From Eledone cirrhosa (taxonomy: Eukaryota), in assembly GCA_964016885.1 (NCBI GenBank), contig OZ024743.1, positions 276,706,001 to 276,770,000 of the forward strand: a stretch of DNA of 64,000 nucleotides, given 5' to 3'. Under the pieces are notes generated by a model. The model saw nothing but the letters and a program-made list of their open reading frames with translations, searched no databases and was not told the origin of the DNA. Made by a program: the position numbers and the translations under genes. Each line of letters starts with the position of its first letter. Position 1 is the first letter of the stretch. This document shows positions 26,138 to 38,800 of the stretch, in pieces.

Positions 26138-27274
26138 CTAATGGATACGATTTAAACTACCAGAACTTTTAGGTCTATAATAGAAGAAAGAATTAGAAAT
26201 GGCATGGGGGCAGGAAGAAAATATCTCAGACTTTCTATTAAGCAAAACTTCCCTAGAGAAAATTATAGAGTGGGTCTCTAGGATACAGAGATTACAGAAT
26301 TTAGTGTGTGTTGATAGGTTATTAGAGCGTGCTACTATACGCCAATTAAGGCTATATGGCATGCCTGCCCCTTTAAGATCCCAGATATGGTGTGCTAAAG
26401 AAGTAGAGTTCTTAAACTTAACATGCTTAAAATTAGAGATATGAGAATTAAACCTAGTTTTAAAAGTATTAGATGTGGAGCCTATATATGTGCTATTAGA
26501 AGAATCAGTCTTAACTTCACAAGCATAAACAATGTTCCTAGAGAGGCAGTGACCATTTAAAAGGCAGTTAATACTTACTCTACAGTTACACTTCCTGGTG
26601 CTATTGACCGGCTGAATGAGTGATGCATCACTTCTAGGGTTATTATAAGATAAGGTCTGCTCAGGTGGTAAGGCATTAATGGATCTATCAAGACTAGTAG
26701 TACGCAAAGAGGAGTAGCTGTCCCTAATTTTCTTATTGTTAGTGCTAGCTAAATGAGAACTAATATTAGGGGTGGTAGAGAATGATAGTTTAATTACATT
26801 TTTATTAAAAATACCATGGTATTTATTAGTAGGAAGGAAATTTTTCTCTAAGATAGAAAAGAAAGACCTAGGGATGTTAGTTAATACTTCATGATCATAA
26901 GGTGGGTTAAAATAAGTATTCAGTCTCCTCCTATTTCTATCCTTACGAACTCTACCGTTATCCAGTATCCCACTAATAGGATCAGGGTTACTACGAGGAC
27001 TAGTTGAAACAACATTATTAGAAGCAGCCAAAACCCTATTGAGTCTCCTTCTGTTTCTACCTTTAGTATATCTACTGTTATCTGCAATCATATCAATAGG
27101 ATTAGGGTTACTACCAGGATCAGTTGAAACAACACTATTAGAATTAGTAAAAACATTACCACTGGGTGAGCGATCAGAGTGCCTAACTTGCTCCCTAGAA
27201 CTAATCCCGAAAAGTGTACCATTAGACTCACTATTACGATTACGGTAGCTTAACCTATGGATGGGTTCGGATAC
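26138..27274 (-). pseudogene. PLE linker + GIY-YIG endonuclease ORF fragment (RT absent)
   Basis: The frame stays open upstream of Met 27091 to the microsatellite at ~27274. It includes a 120-bp (40-aa) tandem repeat. Confidence 0.75.
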
Positions 27275-27279
27275 ATATA

Positions 27280-27315
<36 letters not shown>

Positions 27316-27362
27316 TGTATGTATGTATGTATGTATGTATGTATGTATGTATGTATGTATGT

Positions 27363-28468
27363 CCGGGAGAGATGACCCCTTAGCCTTTGTCAAGGCAGAA
27401 TTCTAGGAGAAGGAAAACTCTGATATAACACCTGCAGCCCTGATGGTATCCAATGATGTTGACTTGTTCTTCTTTTTGGTAAATATCATCTTGGTTAAGA
27501 GAGTGGAACTGGCTTTGTGCAGTGCCTTTGCTCACTGTAAAAGCTTCACGGCACAGGCATTGCTTTATATCTGGAGATCTCTCTGCACTTGTCGTCACAT
27601 GGTACCATGGGCCCAACACTATGTGTCAATAATTGTCACAAGTGTAGTGTTTGTACCAGAGTTTTCAAATCGCTGGCTGGACTAAAAAGTCACACTCGTT
27701 CAGCGCATCGGTAGGGGTTCTCCTACATGGATATAAAGTAGTGACCGTACTCGAAAACGAGTTGGCAGCCACCATGTATGTATGTATGTATGTATGTATG
27801 TATGTATGTATGTATGTATGTATGTATGTATGTATGTATGTATGTATGTATGTCAGGTCACCAGTTGGTGCTACTGGTAACATGTATCCCAGTACAACCT
27901 GTCTCATGGTCGGGTCGTTGGTGACTAAACTGGCAACCCCACCAAGGTTTCTTGGTGAGGAGGGTGACTTTGGACATCCTGCAGGACTAAAAACAAAACC
28001 TGTCAAAAGGCAAAGGAGCTCTTAAGAGTCAATGGCCATTCAAAATCATCGGGAGAGATGACCCCTTAGCCTTTGTCAAGGCAGAATTCTAGGAGAAGGA
28101 AAACTCTGATATAACACCTGCAACCCTGATGGTATCCAATAATGTTAACTTGTTCTTCTTTTTGGTAAATATCATCTTGGTTAAGAGAGTGGGACTGGCT
28201 TTGTGCAGTGCCTTTGCTCACTATAAAAGCTTCACGGCACAGGCATTGCTTTATATCTGGAGATCTCTCTGCACTTGTCGTCACATGGTACCATGGGCCC
28301 AACACTATGTGTCAATAATTGTGTAGTGTTTGTACCAGAGTTTTCAAGTCGCTGGCTGGACTAAAAGGTCACTCTCGTTCAGCGCATCGGTAGGGGTTCT
28401 CCTACATGGATATAAAGTAGTGGCCGTACTCGAAAACGAGTTGGCAGCCACCATGTATGTATGTATGT
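27363..28468 (+). mobile_element. Two tandem copies of a non-coding retroposon with (TATG)n tails (27363-27773 truncated; 27853-28453 longer)
   Basis: ~410-bp direct repeat (27363-27773 vs 28050-28453), each followed by (ATGT)n. CTAGGAGAAGGAAAACTCTGAT resembles RTE-type 5'UTR motifs (inference). Confidence 0.7.
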
Positions 28469-28899
28469 AAATCCGTTCCTTGTTCGATAAAAGAGGTAAC
28501 AGTCATATCCGCTGTCGATTCAATCATGGCAATCTTTTTGACGGCGGTGAATGGGCAAAATCGGCAGAGCTGTGTGCAGGTTGCCTTCTAGTTTGTGCAT
28601 TTTTTACTAATCGTTATTGGGATCACTGCGCTTGTTCTTGTTTCGTGTATATGGATAAGTGACGTTTACAAACAAACATATGAGGTGGAGTTTGAAGGAT
28701 GTTTACAACCTGCTTGTGTCTCTATGGTAAGCTGAAGAAGCGCCTATGATCACAGTCAGATATAAATGTGTGCGCAATAGTTGAAGTGTATAAATCATGT
28801 GTTTTCATAAGCTTGCTGTAAGACATGGATAAGATATTGTATACATATCTAACGCTTCGAACATTTCATCCAACAATATTTGTTCTTCAACCTCAAGGT

Positions 28900-29390
28900 C
28901 TCATGGAGGCCTCATACACCAGATATCGATGTGCCACAACGAGACCATGATGCGCTAGCTTCAGAATTCCGTAATCAGAAGAAGGGAGGTAGTTATAAAA
29001 AACAAACTCGTTATCTTCAATTTGGTATTCGTGCCAACCCTTACCTATGGTCATGAATCTTGGGTATTGAGCGAAAGAATACGATCGCGAATACAAGCGG
29101 CCGAAATTGGGGTAGCTCAGAAGTGCTTGTGGAGTAAGATTCGGTACTCGATAGAGTGCGTTGTTCGGAGATCTGACAGTCACTCCAGGTAGAGAGCCGC
29201 TACCTCTCCGAATTGAGAGACCACAGCTCCGGTATTACGGACATGTAATCAGAATGTCTCAGGAGAGAATCATTGGATAGATTTCTCGGGCAAAACCAAC
29301 TGGTAGGAGCCCTAGGGATAGAGCCCGAGCAAGATGATTGGATAACATCCATAAGTTCAGTTGGTCATGTTTGGAATCGAAGCACATAGG
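28900..29390 (+). pseudogene. Decayed RTE-clade ORF C-terminal fragment
   Basis: Manual translation: VFVPTLTYGHESWVLSERIRSRIQAAEIG*LR and LRIERPQLRYYGHVIRMSQERI, with stops and frameshifts. Confidence 0.75.
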
Positions 29391-29542
29391 CAGTATATTT
29401 CATTATATATACTCCCATAGGCAGTATATTTCAATATATTTCATGGTAATGAAAGGGTTTAATGTGGCGAGCACTAAAACTTTAGTCAGTCAATGCTATA
29501 CCTGTATCAGAGCTAAACAAGGTCAAGGGTGATGGCTCAAAA

Positions 29543-29580
<38 letters not shown>

Positions 29581-29583
<3 letters not shown>

Positions 29584-30646
29584 TTAGTTATACTATTTAT
29601 GGTTATGTAAACACAAAACCTTAAGCAGTTGTAAGTATTTTACACACACCCTAAATAGTGGTAGGCAGTAATGTATTACTACCTTATTACCAGTAAGTTA
29701 AGTAGCTCAATGTAAAAACATCAGATGATTTACAGAGCAGTTATATGAAATATAAGAATCAAAGAACTGTTCAAAACATTATTGTGCTTACAGCTGTTTC
29801 CTCCAAACCGAGGTTTGGATTCTTCGGAGCAATTTATTAATGCATGGACAGTTATATGACCTCCTCTTCAGCCGAGAGACATACCAACACATATTCAAAC
29901 ATTGATACATATTCAAACATTGTGGGTCAACATTCATTACAGAATTTAGAGTGGCAGTACACACTTCGAGATTACATTTATATTAATAGGTACAATCAAA
30001 AATCAAAGATATAGGTTAAAGTACAACATGAAGATAAGTGGTTATATAGTGCAAATGTTATATGTGTGGCACGCATGTGCGTCTTGTTTATATAGTGTGG
30101 CAGAGAGATATGTGTGGTAGAGGCACTTAGGTAGGTAAATAAGAGTGTTAGGTTGGTAGATCTGGTGGCAAAGTCTTTATATGATTGATATAGACTATAT
30201 CAATCATATAAAGACTTTGCCACCAGATCTACCAACCTAACACTCTTATTTACCTACCTAAGTGCCTCTACCACACATATCTCTCTGCCACACTATATAA
30301 ACAAGACGCACATGCGTGCCACACATATAACATTTGCACTATATAACCACTTATCTTCATGTTGTACTTTAACCTATATCTTTGATTTTTGATTGTACCT
30401 ATTAATATAAATGTAATCTCGAAGTGTGTACTGCCACTCTAAATTCTGTAATGAATGTTGACCCACAATGTTTGAATATGTATCAATGTTTGAATATGTG
30501 TTGGTATGTCTCTCGGCTGAAGAGGAGGTCATATAACTGTCCATGCATTAATAAATTGCTCCGAAGAATCCAAACCTCGGTTTGGAGGAAACAGCTGTAA
30601 GCACAATAATGTTTTGAACAGTTCTTTGATTCTTATATTTCATATA
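29581..30646. mobile_element. Non-autonomous fold-back element with 452-bp-arm palindrome (29742-30646, centre 30194) between (TA)n tracts
   Basis: Arms are reverse complements with a 1-nt spacer. Diverged homologue of 5489-6372. Confidence 0.85.
30557..30603 (+). ncRNA. Putative minimal hammerhead, variant core CCGAAGA (mirror copy 29785-29831, minus)
   Basis: tgct CCGAAGA a tccaaac-ctcg-gtttgga g GAAAC agct GTA agca. Confidence 0.55.
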
Positions 30647-30682
30647 TTTCATATATTTCATATATATATATATATATATACG

Positions 30683-31053
30683 AAGATATTAATAAATCGA
30701 AATTATATTTATAAAACCATATTTATTTTATTATATATATTTCAAGGGCGACCAAGCCAACCTTGGTGCGCTTTCATCAGATAAAATACAAAATTTGTTT
30801 TATAAAAAATGACATACCCATGGAAATCACACCTTAACGGTCAGAATTTGTGACCGTTAAGGTGTGATTTCCATGGGTATGTCAAGGTTGGCTTGGTCGC
30901 TCTTGAAATATATGTAATAAAATAGATATGGTTTTATAAATATAGTTTCGATTTATTAATATCTTGGAATATTTACTCCAGTTTTCTGTTGAGTGCTCTA
31001 TATCAGTTATAAACATTTATATTTGTTGGAATTCCAACAAATTAAATATAACT

Positions 31054-31056
<3 letters not shown>
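30683..31056. repeat. Interrupted fold-back element
   Basis: 30683-30766 is inverted against ~30885-30966, and 30810-30843 against 30852-30885. The left arm has an extra ~44 bp. Confidence 0.75.
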
Positions 31057-31099
<43 letters not shown>

Positions 31100-31151
31100 T
31101 GAAGATTTCATCTGAATGAAACAGTACTAGTCCTGTAGAAGCTCCTTCTAT

Positions 31152-31212
<61 letters not shown>

Positions 31213-31217
<5 letters not shown>

Positions 31218-31296
31218 GTATTTCCCGGCGGCGAAGACGTTACGTTTTTCCTAAAATATGTCTCAAAAATCTATCATGCATCCTGGAGGCCGAAGG
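31213..31296 (+). mobile_element. Possible pogo/Tc2-like DNA transposon terminus
   Basis: TA|CCGTATTTCCCGGCG directly after (TA)n. No matching right end found. Confidence 0.35.
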
Positions 31297-31327
31297 TTGT
31301 TTATTTTTTATATATATATATATTTTT

Positions 31328-31392
<65 letters not shown>

Positions 31393-31891
31393 TTGTGTGT
31401 GCGTGTGTGTGCATGTATGTGTGTGTTTGTGCGTGTGCGTGTGTGTGCGTGTGCGTAAAATGCATACCGATGTCTCAATCGATTAGAATTTGAAAAAAAG
31501 TAATGCGGTGAGGAGATCGAGTGTTTGTGTTATAAACGTGATGAAGAAAAGGTAGGAAAAGAAGATTATTGTCTCACCTAGAGGATATGATTAAACATAT
31601 CTACAGGAGCTAGAGAAAACATGGTGGTATCTTGAAGCAGACAAACTAAACAAATTATCGGGAAGTGATACGAGGAAAATACTTCCATATAAGGAATATC
31701 TTCCTCATATAAGTGTTAAAAGTGAGTTAGACAAGATCAATTACAGCTTAACCTTTAATAAGGCAGCAGGAATGGTGGCTAAGTAAATGATTTTCAGGTT
31801 CTTCCTTCCTCATATTGGTTAGATTAGTGTAAACGTCACAGTGAAGTCAGTCCTACGTTGATAAGATAGACGGCATGGAGAGAGAGAGAGC

Positions 31892-31959
<68 letters not shown>

Positions 31960-32929
31960 GAGAGAGAGAGAGTAAGAGGGAGGGGAGAGAGAGTATGTGT
32001 GAGAGAGAGAGAGAGTGAGAGAGAGGGGAGAGAGAGAGAGAGAGAGATTACAAGAAAGAAGTCAGGTAATGAGGTTAAGGTCAGTATGTATTATGTCAAA
32101 ACCAATTCAACTATATTGTAAGATATTCAGAAAGTAATAAAATATTGTTGAGGAAAATTATGATCATATGTACAAATGGGAGCAATCACTCTTTGAGGCG
32201 TAAACCTATTTGTATGTACTACATTTGACGGATTACACTAAATTGAGTGTCGGTGTAAAGTAGACTTTACTACTATCATGTTTCACACAAAATATATTCT
32301 GAAAAATAACCAAAATTACATATGTAAACAGAGTTTATGTTTACAATTTGTTTCATTGAGGAGGACCATGTTCTCAGACTCTAGATAAGTTAACTTTCCT
32401 GTCTATCATTTATCCATTAGTGTGAGTGTATAACCGCTGACAACAGCCTGTGTGATTGTCTATATCGTCTGCTTGCGTGATTGTATATATCGACTGCCTA
32501 TATGACAGTATGTCGGCTGCGAAGCTTGTTAAATTATCTCATAGCTTAAAGTATGAAGATGACACTGTCTGTTTGTCGCCTTTCTAAAGAGAATAACTAA
32601 CACAATAGCATTGTTTCACTTACTTTATGCTTATGACCTCTTCACACCGAATGTTCATTCCAATGTCAACGGACATCAGTGATATTCAGGAAAGACATAG
32701 CAAGTAAATATATGTGTGAGTGTGTATGCGCGCTTGTATTTGTGTGTGAGTGCTTGTATGTGTCTGTGCGCGTGCGTGCAAAAATAGTTTGTGCGTGTGT
32801 GCTGGACTGTTCATAGAAAGTATCTGAGTCAGATTTCATTAAAAACACACCAAAGAACAAACAAAAACAAACAAAAAAGAATTGGAGTATTTTTTTTACT
32901 TGTTTCAGTTACCGAATTATGCACAGATA

Positions 32930-34090
32930 GACGTACCGCCTTGATTGATACACAATCAATATGATCGATCCCATTATCTATAAATTTGGGGTTATATTGA
33001 CTATGAAAGGATAAAAGGCAAAGTGAGTTTGGGTGCAATTTGAAGTGATAATCTAAAGGGACGTATATATAAATATGGCGAAGCATTTTGTCCGCTGCTC
33101 AACTGATTCTGCTAATCAACCGTACATGTTACGGTTACAGCGTGCGGGGGGAGGGGTGTAACTAGTCTCGGGCGAAGCTTTACATTAAAGAATGAAAGAA
33201 TACATAAAAAAAATATTAAATATTTGATTTCTTAACAACAACCTAATATGATGGCGGCGATTTACAGAGTCGTTGGGGCATCTGATGAAAAATTGTTCGA
33301 TATTTGTTTCCGTTCACTGAATTGCCGCTGATGTCAACTTTGCCGTGGAGGCTTTCGAGGTCGATAATAAATTTCCAGTTTAGCACTGGAGCTCTTTCTT
33401 CCCCTCCTCATTCTCTGGAAGAAATCTGCAGGAGACTGGAGAGACATGGGCTCCGCTAGGTATAAATTGTTCAAGTCACGACACCTACCCAATAACACCT
33501 TTACCCTTTTTTTAACCTAACCTCTCACAATTTGCTGATATTGAATTATTGAGAGAAAAGGAGCAAATCCGCAGATTGGGCCAAGGAAACTATGGTTTCT
33601 CTATTTCTTTAGACCATCTGCTGGACGCAAACTGGTAGTAGTAGTACCACCGCTTTACCAGTGACACAAGGTGGAATTTGAACTCAGAACGTATAGGGTT
33701 CGGCGCAGACACGGCTTATCATCCTGCTTAATTCTTTAACACTAATTTTGTTAATCAACTGCCCTGTGACTGGCACTTTATATATCGACCTCGAAAGGAT
33801 GAAAAGCAAAGTTGATCTCGATGGGATCTGAACTCAAAGCGCACAGGGACGGAACAATGCATTTAGTTCAACTTTCTAATGACTCTGCCAACACGACACT
33901 TGTATTAACTGCCTTATTGCAATAAAACTGTATTAATTGACCCTTTGCCTTTCATCCTTACGGAGTCGATAAAATATCGACTCCGTAAGGATGAAAGGCA
34001 CAGTTGATCTCTGTGGTATTTCAATTCCGAACAAGGAGTTGGTACAAATATCGCACAGCATTTTGTCAAGCTTTCTAACGATTGTAAACA
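32930..34090. mobile_element. Cluster of degenerate SINE copies in both orientations
   Basis: Repeated AGGATGAAAGGCAAAG and GAACTCA motifs at ~33005, 33330, 33680, 33795 and 33943-34002. Confidence 0.65.
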
Positions 34091-34244
34091 ATTTCAAAAC
34101 GTGTAAACAAATAAAACATATAACAAAAAGCAATAAAATTATAACAATAAAAATTCGTTACTCTAAGAGCACCATAGGAAGGTGCCTTTCTCCTCGCGAA
34201 AATCTCCAGCCTGCAGGTGTATAGTCAGTGTAGGCCAATCCACT

Positions 34245-35105
34245 CGGGCAATTCTGTCAATTCTTCCAATTCGGCCGATATTGTCAATTCTGCGATACTT
34301 ATCAATTCTGCCATTTGAGCCAATCCTGCCAATTCTTACAATTCTGACAATCTTGCCCGTTCTTTAAATTCTGCCATTCCTTCCAGATCCACGGATACTG
34401 TCAATTCTGTGAATTCCGTCAAATCTGTCAATGTTGGTAATTCTGCCAATTGTGTAAATGTTACCAATGCTGCCAATTCTGCCAACTCTCCATTATGCCG
34501 TCCTCCCCTTTCTCACATTACATTCCTTCAATCACTTCCCCATCTTTTCTGGCGACTGGGAGGCAATTGAATATTAGAAGGGATTTTCTTTGCAGCTCTA
34601 TTGCATCACTTTCTCCCGGAAACAGTAACGAAAATCAAACAAACACAAAAGACAAATCAAGAAAGAAAGGAAGGATGATACAAATTTACCTCGTTTCAAC
34701 CAGTTTTACCAAATTTCCCGCAGTTTTCTCTAGTTTCACCTAATTTCATTCAATTTTACCGCGTCTCACTCATTTCCACCCATTTCCATCCATTTCCATC
34801 TACTTCCATTAATTTTTACCCATTTCCACCCAGTTCAACCCAGTTCTGTATAGTTTCCACAAAGTTCCACCTGTTTCCTTCTAGTTTCATCCAGGTGCAT
34901 CCACTTCCACCCATTTCCAACTATTTCCACCCAATTCCACACATTTTGACACAGTTCCACTGAGTTCCACCCAGGTTCATCCCGCCCGAATTTTCCCCCC
35001 AGTTCTAGAATTTTTCACCTTTTCCCATCCAATTACATCCATTTTCACATAGCTCCACTGAATTCCACCCAGATTTATCCTGCCCGAGTCCCCCCCACCC
35101 AGTTC
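34245..35105. repeat. Degenerate minisatellites: 9-mer CAATTCTGY (34245-34490) and 10-mer CCATTTCCAC-like (34680-35105)
   Basis: Visible periodicity. Confidence 0.7.
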
Positions 35106-35522
35106 AAGTTCCTACGCCTGACAAAGCTTTGATTGCTAGTACCATAACATTTAGTTACACGAAGAGTAAAGAGTAACAAATCTAACATTTCGAGCTTTTT
35201 TGCTCCTCATCTACAAGTGAAGGAAAAGATTGAGAGCAAGTGATGTAGCGGCTTTTCTCTAAAACTTTCACTTAAGCGATTTAACACGAACAAAATAAAA
35301 TGATTTAGCAGGCGCAACATTTGTAAATCTTCCTACCTCAAACACTCTTGTCAGCAACGACATATTGAAATCAATGAACAAATAATAATGGATATAATAA
35401 TGTTTTACATCACTTCATCGTATCTTCCATACGTGATATATAATATATTCTTTCAGTATTTGTGTCATGATTATCAGCATTGTATCGTATTTCGTTTTTA
35501 AATTTCATTTACAAGATTATTT

Positions 35523-35569
<47 letters not shown>

Positions 35570-35874
35570 GCTGTTCTACATACTATAAAAACAAGAACAC
35601 TATCACCAACAATAATAATAATGATTTCATTTATTGGCCACAAGGGCCGACATATAGGGGACAACACAATAGACAGGGACAGTGGGGGTTTACATAGAGA
35701 TCGAGTAAGTATAAATAACAAAAAACAAAATAACAATAAAAATACAACAATGAAAGTTCCCCAATAAGAGGGATCACCACCCAGGGTTGACTCAAGCACC
35801 CCACCAGTCCTGAGCCACCCGACGCTCCTAGGGCACCCGGGAAGGGCACCCCTCTCCTTCTCGAATTCACCAGC

Positions 35875-38800
35875 CTACAGGCGCATGATCAGAGTAGGCC
35901 CACTCACGCGGGCCATTCTCGCCACATTCACCCACCTTTCAGTAAATGTACTGGGGGGCAGCACTTCTCTCTCCACCCTCACCTTCCTTTCCAAGTGAAA
36001 CTTGAAGAAGTTGATGAGGGATTGGCCGAAGAGAAAAGTGTCTGTCTTCAGTCCTTTCAACCTGGTCCACCATGCAACCTCTTTCGCTACTGCCACCAGG
36101 CAGAGGAAAATTGCCTGCCCTTCCTGACCAAAAGAAGGCGGCGGGTCAATCTTCACTATGGACTCGGACGATAGCCGGATCCGTTCTACACGCGACAATA
36201 GCTGTTCGACATAACCCCACAAGTCAGCAATGCACGGACACTGGACGAGTGCGTGCAGAACGGTTTCGTCGCTCTGCGCGCATCTCGGGCAGGTTCGTCT
36301 GACAGCACTTCCGTGCCTGTAGAGTTTATCCCGAACCGGCAGCGCCCCCCGGTAGCACTGCCAAGCGAGGGATTTCTGGAAGTTATCCATCGTCCCCGGC
36401 TCGAAAGTCCTCCGGAACATACTGGTCAGTTCTACTTCGTTGACGCCCAGAGCCTCTCCTAGTACGTCATCGCACTTGCCCTCCACTAATCCTCTATAGA
36501 AATCTTGAGTGGAAGTTCCACTGACCGCATTGCCCACCTTGCAGAGTGCAGTGAGCGCCTGGCAACATTCCAGATGCCAGTCGCCCAGTCTCGGTCTCTT
36601 CTTGACCCAGAACTGCAGCTCAGTCAAAGAGATGAGCTGCGGAAAGGCCCGTCTAACAAACGGCGACCACACCTGTTCACCGTTTAGGCAAAATATCTGG
36701 AGATGTCGCAGCCTCAGCGCATGTCTGCGCATCATTAGCCACGGCATGCCCAGCCCTCCACGAAGAGGGTGCTGGCAGCAGATGGACCGCCTCACCAACG
36801 GGACCCGTCCCCTCCACAAAAATTTGAAAAGGAGCCGTTCCAAATTGGCGAGGCGTGGACGGGGGCAAGGCACGACGGTCAGGCGGTAGTAGATGACGGA
36901 CGCGATGTACGCGTTCGCCACCTCCGCCCGCCCTTTCAGTGATAGCTTTCTCTCAGCCCATTTCTGGGTGAGGTTGGCTATCCTGCTCGTCACCTCGTCC
37001 CAATTCTTATCCACCTGGAGGTCTGGTCCGAACCAAACCCCGAGCAACTTTACCGGTCCGTCTGTCCAGCGCCCAACGACGCTGTTGGACGGCATGGACT
37101 TGCCTCTCCAGGTGCCGAGCTGCAAGCCCACCGACTTTTCCGGGTTAAGTTTTGCTCCCGTCAACCTTTCATATTCCTCCAAATGGGTGCGGATCACCTC
37201 GATTTCCGAGGTGTCCGACACCATCACGGTGATGTCGTCCGCATAAGCGGACGCAGCCTTTCTACGTCCCGGTTCGAGCGGGATGCCCTGCAACAACTCC
37301 AGCTTCCGCAGTAGAGGCTCAAGAGTCAATACGTACAGAAGTGAGGAGAGAGGGCACCCTTGACGGACCGATCGAGAGATCTGAAACGGTTCCGAGAGGT
37401 GGCCATTAACTTTGACCACCGAGCGGATGCCGCTGTACATTGCAGCGATCCAGCTTCTGAAGACGGGGCCGAAGCCAGCCGCCTCGAGGACAGCCTCCAA
37501 GTACCGATGGTCGACCCTATCGAATGCTTTCGATTGATCTAAATTGATCAGAGCCCCACCGAAGCCAGGTTTGCACCCAACCCTCTCTATGATGTATCGC
37601 ATGAGGTGGAGGTTGTCGTGTATGGACCTGGTCGGGATTGCGCAAGTTTGCGCCTCCCCAACCAAATCTTTGACGACAAGCGCCAACCTTTTCGCTAACA
37701 CCTTGGCCAAAATCTTAAACTCTGTGTTGAGCAGGGTTATGGGCCTGAAATTATCTAGTGTGTCCCTCTTGTTCTCGTCTTTCCTTATCAGCGTCACTAC
37801 GCCACGGCTCACAGAACTGGGAATGCTCCCGTTCTGCTGCCAGTTGCAGTAGAGCGCTTCGAGGAGATCGGAGAACAAGTCTGGCATATTTACGTAAAGC
37901 TCGTAGGGCAGACCATCCAAACCGGGTGACTTGCGACTCGAGCAGCCGACAAGGGCGTCCTGAATTTCGGCTGATGTTATCGGCTCTTCGCAGCGCTCAG
38001 CGTCGGCCGTCGAGAGGCGTGGCAAGCCGTCGAGGTAGGGACTGAAGTCCGCCGCCGTCTCCGACTCACCCATCCTCCCGAACAATCGAGCAAAGTGCTG
38101 GCGAAAGGCCTCACACATCTGCTTGGAATCGCTCAGTTCGTGTCCATCTCGATCCGTCAAAGACCGAATTGTGGTTTTATTTCCACGCTGCGTCTCTGCA
38201 AAGCGAGCCCATCGGGCAGCTTTGGTTCCCTCGTTCCTCAGAGCACGCGCCTTAGCTCTGACAATGCAACCTTCGTGTTTCGCATTGAAGAAATGGTCTA
38301 GTGCCATTCTCGCCGCTAGCACGTCTGTTGCAATGCCACTACAAATAGCCTCGTCTAACTTAGCTATCAGCCCCTCCTCCTTTCTATTTTTCTCTATTGC
38401 TACTTCTTTGCTAAATCCTATCGAGGTTGCTCTAATCTCTCTTTTGAGTGCCCCCCACCACCTGTTGTTGACAACCCCCCCTGTCAACTTTTGCTTAACT
38501 AAGTTGTTGACCCGGTCCCTGTAAGCTTTACGTGCCGGAAACGACATGTTTAGCTTCCAGTAGCTAGGTCCTAACCTACGTGTCTTATCTAGGTCGACCA
38601 TACAGATCACAAGCTTGTGATCTGAATAGGCAACCGTTTTAAAATGTGGACATCCTACACTATTTCTATCTCTTTTCCTAATGAAAATCCTATCTATGTA
38701 CGATCTAGATGACCCTATGCGATTGGTCCAGGTCCATACTGGCGCATTAGGGAAATCTAGTCGGTACCTGTCAGACAGTTGAAACTGGCTGATCAGGTAC

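Larger units (their letters stand above)
24545..27274 (-). mobile_element. 5'-truncated Penelope-like element (GIY-YIG endonuclease, long AT-rich 3' region, hammerhead)
   Basis: ORF 26138-27091 has YFNPPY, CNCR..CLLNGHC, NIVY...YIGST...FKTRFNSH, CNLCILE, LNRKSE. Hammerhead on the same strand downstream. (TA)n on both flanks. Confidence 0.8.

Noticed and set aside
27853-27945. Possible HDV-like ribozyme at the 5' end of the RTE-like retroposon (ccagt ... gactaa actgg)
   Set aside because: A P2-like pairing and a CUAA segment are visible, but convincing P1 and P3 helices could not be built by hand.
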